A stretch of 61,906 nt of DNA, counting the filler, from Sphacelaria rigidula (taxonomy: Eukaryota), in the NCBI GenBank assembly GCA_964200075.2. It is 9 parts of 9 records of this genome, joined end to end, with 100 filler letters (N's around TTAATTAATTAA, not from the genome) between each part and the next. Parts side by side here need not be neighbours in the genome. Positions count along the whole stretch, not along the records: positions 55,118 to 61,906 come from CAXNAA020018074.1; 8 more parts are not named here. One strand, 5' to 3'. Numbering within the stretch: the first letter of the stretch is position 1; every line of letters begins with the position of its first letter. A program made the translations under genes and the position numbers. Below are positions 59,686 through 61,906 of the stretch, in pieces. Below the pieces are notes generated by a model. That model saw only the letters and a list, made by a program, of their open reading frames with translations, was not told the DNA's origin and ran no database searches.

Positions 59686-61906
59686 GATCTGTACCTGCGC
59701 ATTCGGCGGCGTCTTCTGAAGAATATCCCGCTGCCACTAGTCGGATATCTGCGAGGCTTCCGGGCGCCGCCTGCTGTCGGCGTTGATGACGGCGGCGATG
59801 AAAAAATGGAGGGAGATAGGTCACGGCGATGGCGGCGAGATAATGGAGTGTGCGGTGCAGTATTCATGGTGCGGTTCTCGCATGTGACCGTCCCGTTCCG
59901 AACACCACTCCCACCGGGAGCATGGCCTGAGGTCACCGTTATGTTGCGTATATACTTTGTCGGAGCGTTTTACCGACACCGTGTACTACCGCCGTGGAGC
60001 CAACCATCCATATTTTGCGTCGATATGTTGGAGGGGGGGGGTAGCATACTCATTTGTTGTTTGCCTTAGTCGTTCGACCATTGACCACGCATCCCTTTCG
60101 AGACGGAGCATGATATGTTAGTAGGGGGTGGGGAATGAGGGGTCAGCAAGAGTTTTGGCCAGCGATGGGAGCTCACGGAGTCGGTAAACCGCCGTGAATG
60201 AGTACCTGTGCGATGGAGGAACATGATGCCAACACAACAAGTTATCGTAGGTGTTGGGGGAAAGCACTGTTTTTGGGCGGGAGCCTCATTTTTGCGGTCA
60301 ACGTCATCTCTACAATCGGCTGTTGTTAAGGTGGACGTCGGGACACGCTGAGATAATGCCCCACCCGTTTAACCTGCGTTCCCATCACGAACACAGCCGA
60401 CATGAAGACACAGGCTTCACACATCAGGTGCCTGACCAATGTGGTCTAGCGCCAGGGCACCGGTGGTTGCGTCGCCCGCTGCATGCGTGCTTAGGGTTAG
60501 GCCGACATTACAGCTAGCAGCAAACATGGTACACCTCTACAGACCGCACCGTACGGGCGCTGCAAATAACACGAGCGGATCGGGGTGCAACGTGTGTTGC
60601 AGCCCGACACCGACGGTGTCGGCGTGCGTGGTCGCCCTGTGGGTCAATTAATGTGCCCGGAAGGTGTCCATGTCCAGTACATTGTACAGCATTGCAACCA
60701 AGTATACACGCTACGTGACCCTTCGGTGTATACTGACACCCGCAGACAGTATTCAACGGTCCAGTAAGTGCAGCACCACAATGATGGGGAACTGGGCCCA
60801 CAGATAGGGGATGGGGGAAACATTTATGAGTTGCAAAGTTTCTCGACCAATCAGAGTCTTCAAATACACCATAATGCGGTGACCTTTCTTCAATCAGATG
60901 AGAGATATTAGTAGCAATAAAGTCAAAAACCAGCTTTGATTGGCCGACACATTGCGCCGCTGCGGCACAGACCGCTGCTACCGGCAATAAACGAGGATAC
61001 AGCAGCTCCGTGCTGACTCAGTTTGTTCGTCACAACATGCACCCACCCGCCCGGCGTGTCTTCCCCGATCACAGCACCCGACTATAGCTGAAGTACCAGA
61101 GGAGACACAACAGACAGCTGTACAGCCGTCACGTGAAGATTGTTTCAACCTTTCTTGTTTCAACAGCACCTTGATCCCACCCTAATTCTGTGCAGCCCGA
61201 AACACGGCATGCAGCAGTACGACTGCTCAGGCACTCTCAAGTGCACATCGCACCGTGATCATCGTAACGTGTTTAGATGCCCAACAGCACAGCGAGAACT
61301 ACAGCATAGAAATGATGGGTTTGTGGAGTGCTTTATTCCTTTGACTCGAGACGAAACAGCCAACACACCGTGAGCGTTTCAACGGTGTGTAAAGAGCATT
61401 GCGTGCCGACAAGAATATTTTTCATACGTAAAGACGAACGGAATGTCAATGTAAAGCAACTCAGGCACTCCCAGCGGAGATCGAACCGTCTCCACAAAGG
61501 CCTGAAACGCCACAGCACAGCGACATCTACAGCACACAAGGTAGAGCATGAGTGTGTTTTTGCTACAGCACAGTGGTACAGGACATGTCCCATTCGATAG
61601 TTCTTTCCCTGATCTCCGGTGGGTCCTTGATTTTTGCCCAGTGGCGATTTTCAAACGCTCGGCCATAATCGCGAAGATTTTGAAATTCACTTTGAGTTAC
61701 TGTACCCCTATCTGTGGGAGGTGAGCCCAATTTTTGTACTGCAAATACACTATAAAAAAATAACCTACATCAATTACAGTACAGTAAATTCAGAAGGGTG
61801 CAGCGTTGGGATGGCAGTGTTTATATAGGGATTCCACACCCTGGACAATAGAAGGCATCTATTGATGTAGCAATAGAATTCACCGTAATAGACGAGTATA
61901 TTCTCT

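Noticed and set aside
1-61906. Gene neighbourhood linking PAF1, ISWI, MetAP1, Tic20, EsV-1-7 and the transposase
   Set aside because: They lie on separate contigs concatenated by size, so adjacency across spacers has no biological meaning.

Overview
This is eukaryotic nuclear DNA, very probably from a brown alga (Phaeophyceae), inferred from EsV-1-7 repeats, short exons in kb-long GT-AG introns and a nuclear Tic20-like gene. It is not one locus. Nine unrelated contigs of about 6.79 kb (1-6791, 6892-13682, 13783-20572, 20673-27461, 27562-34350, 34451-41239, 41340-48128, 48229-55017, 55118-61906) are joined by artificial 100-nt N44-TTAATTAATTAA-N44 spacers. Host genes appear as exon fragments: PAF1, a Tic20/Ycf60-family protein, methionine aminopeptidase 1, an ISWI/SMARCA5 remodeller, and one unidentified 3-exon model. 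There is also a disrupted EsV-1-7 repeat gene and an Academ(X)-like XPG/Cys8 transposase fragment. The rest is mostly mobile-element debris. The most striking pattern is two non-LTR retroelement families (about 18 fragments) sharing a ~80-nt structured 3' end that finishes in GAGTAC-R-CCCC instead of poly(A). They insert into C/G tracts, with visible target-site duplications. Also present: a tRNA-Pro-derived ~300-bp element with an internal Pol III terminator, several MITEs and foldback palindromes, and a CRE-like retroelement remnant. All family assignments come from motif recognition by eye; no database search was run.
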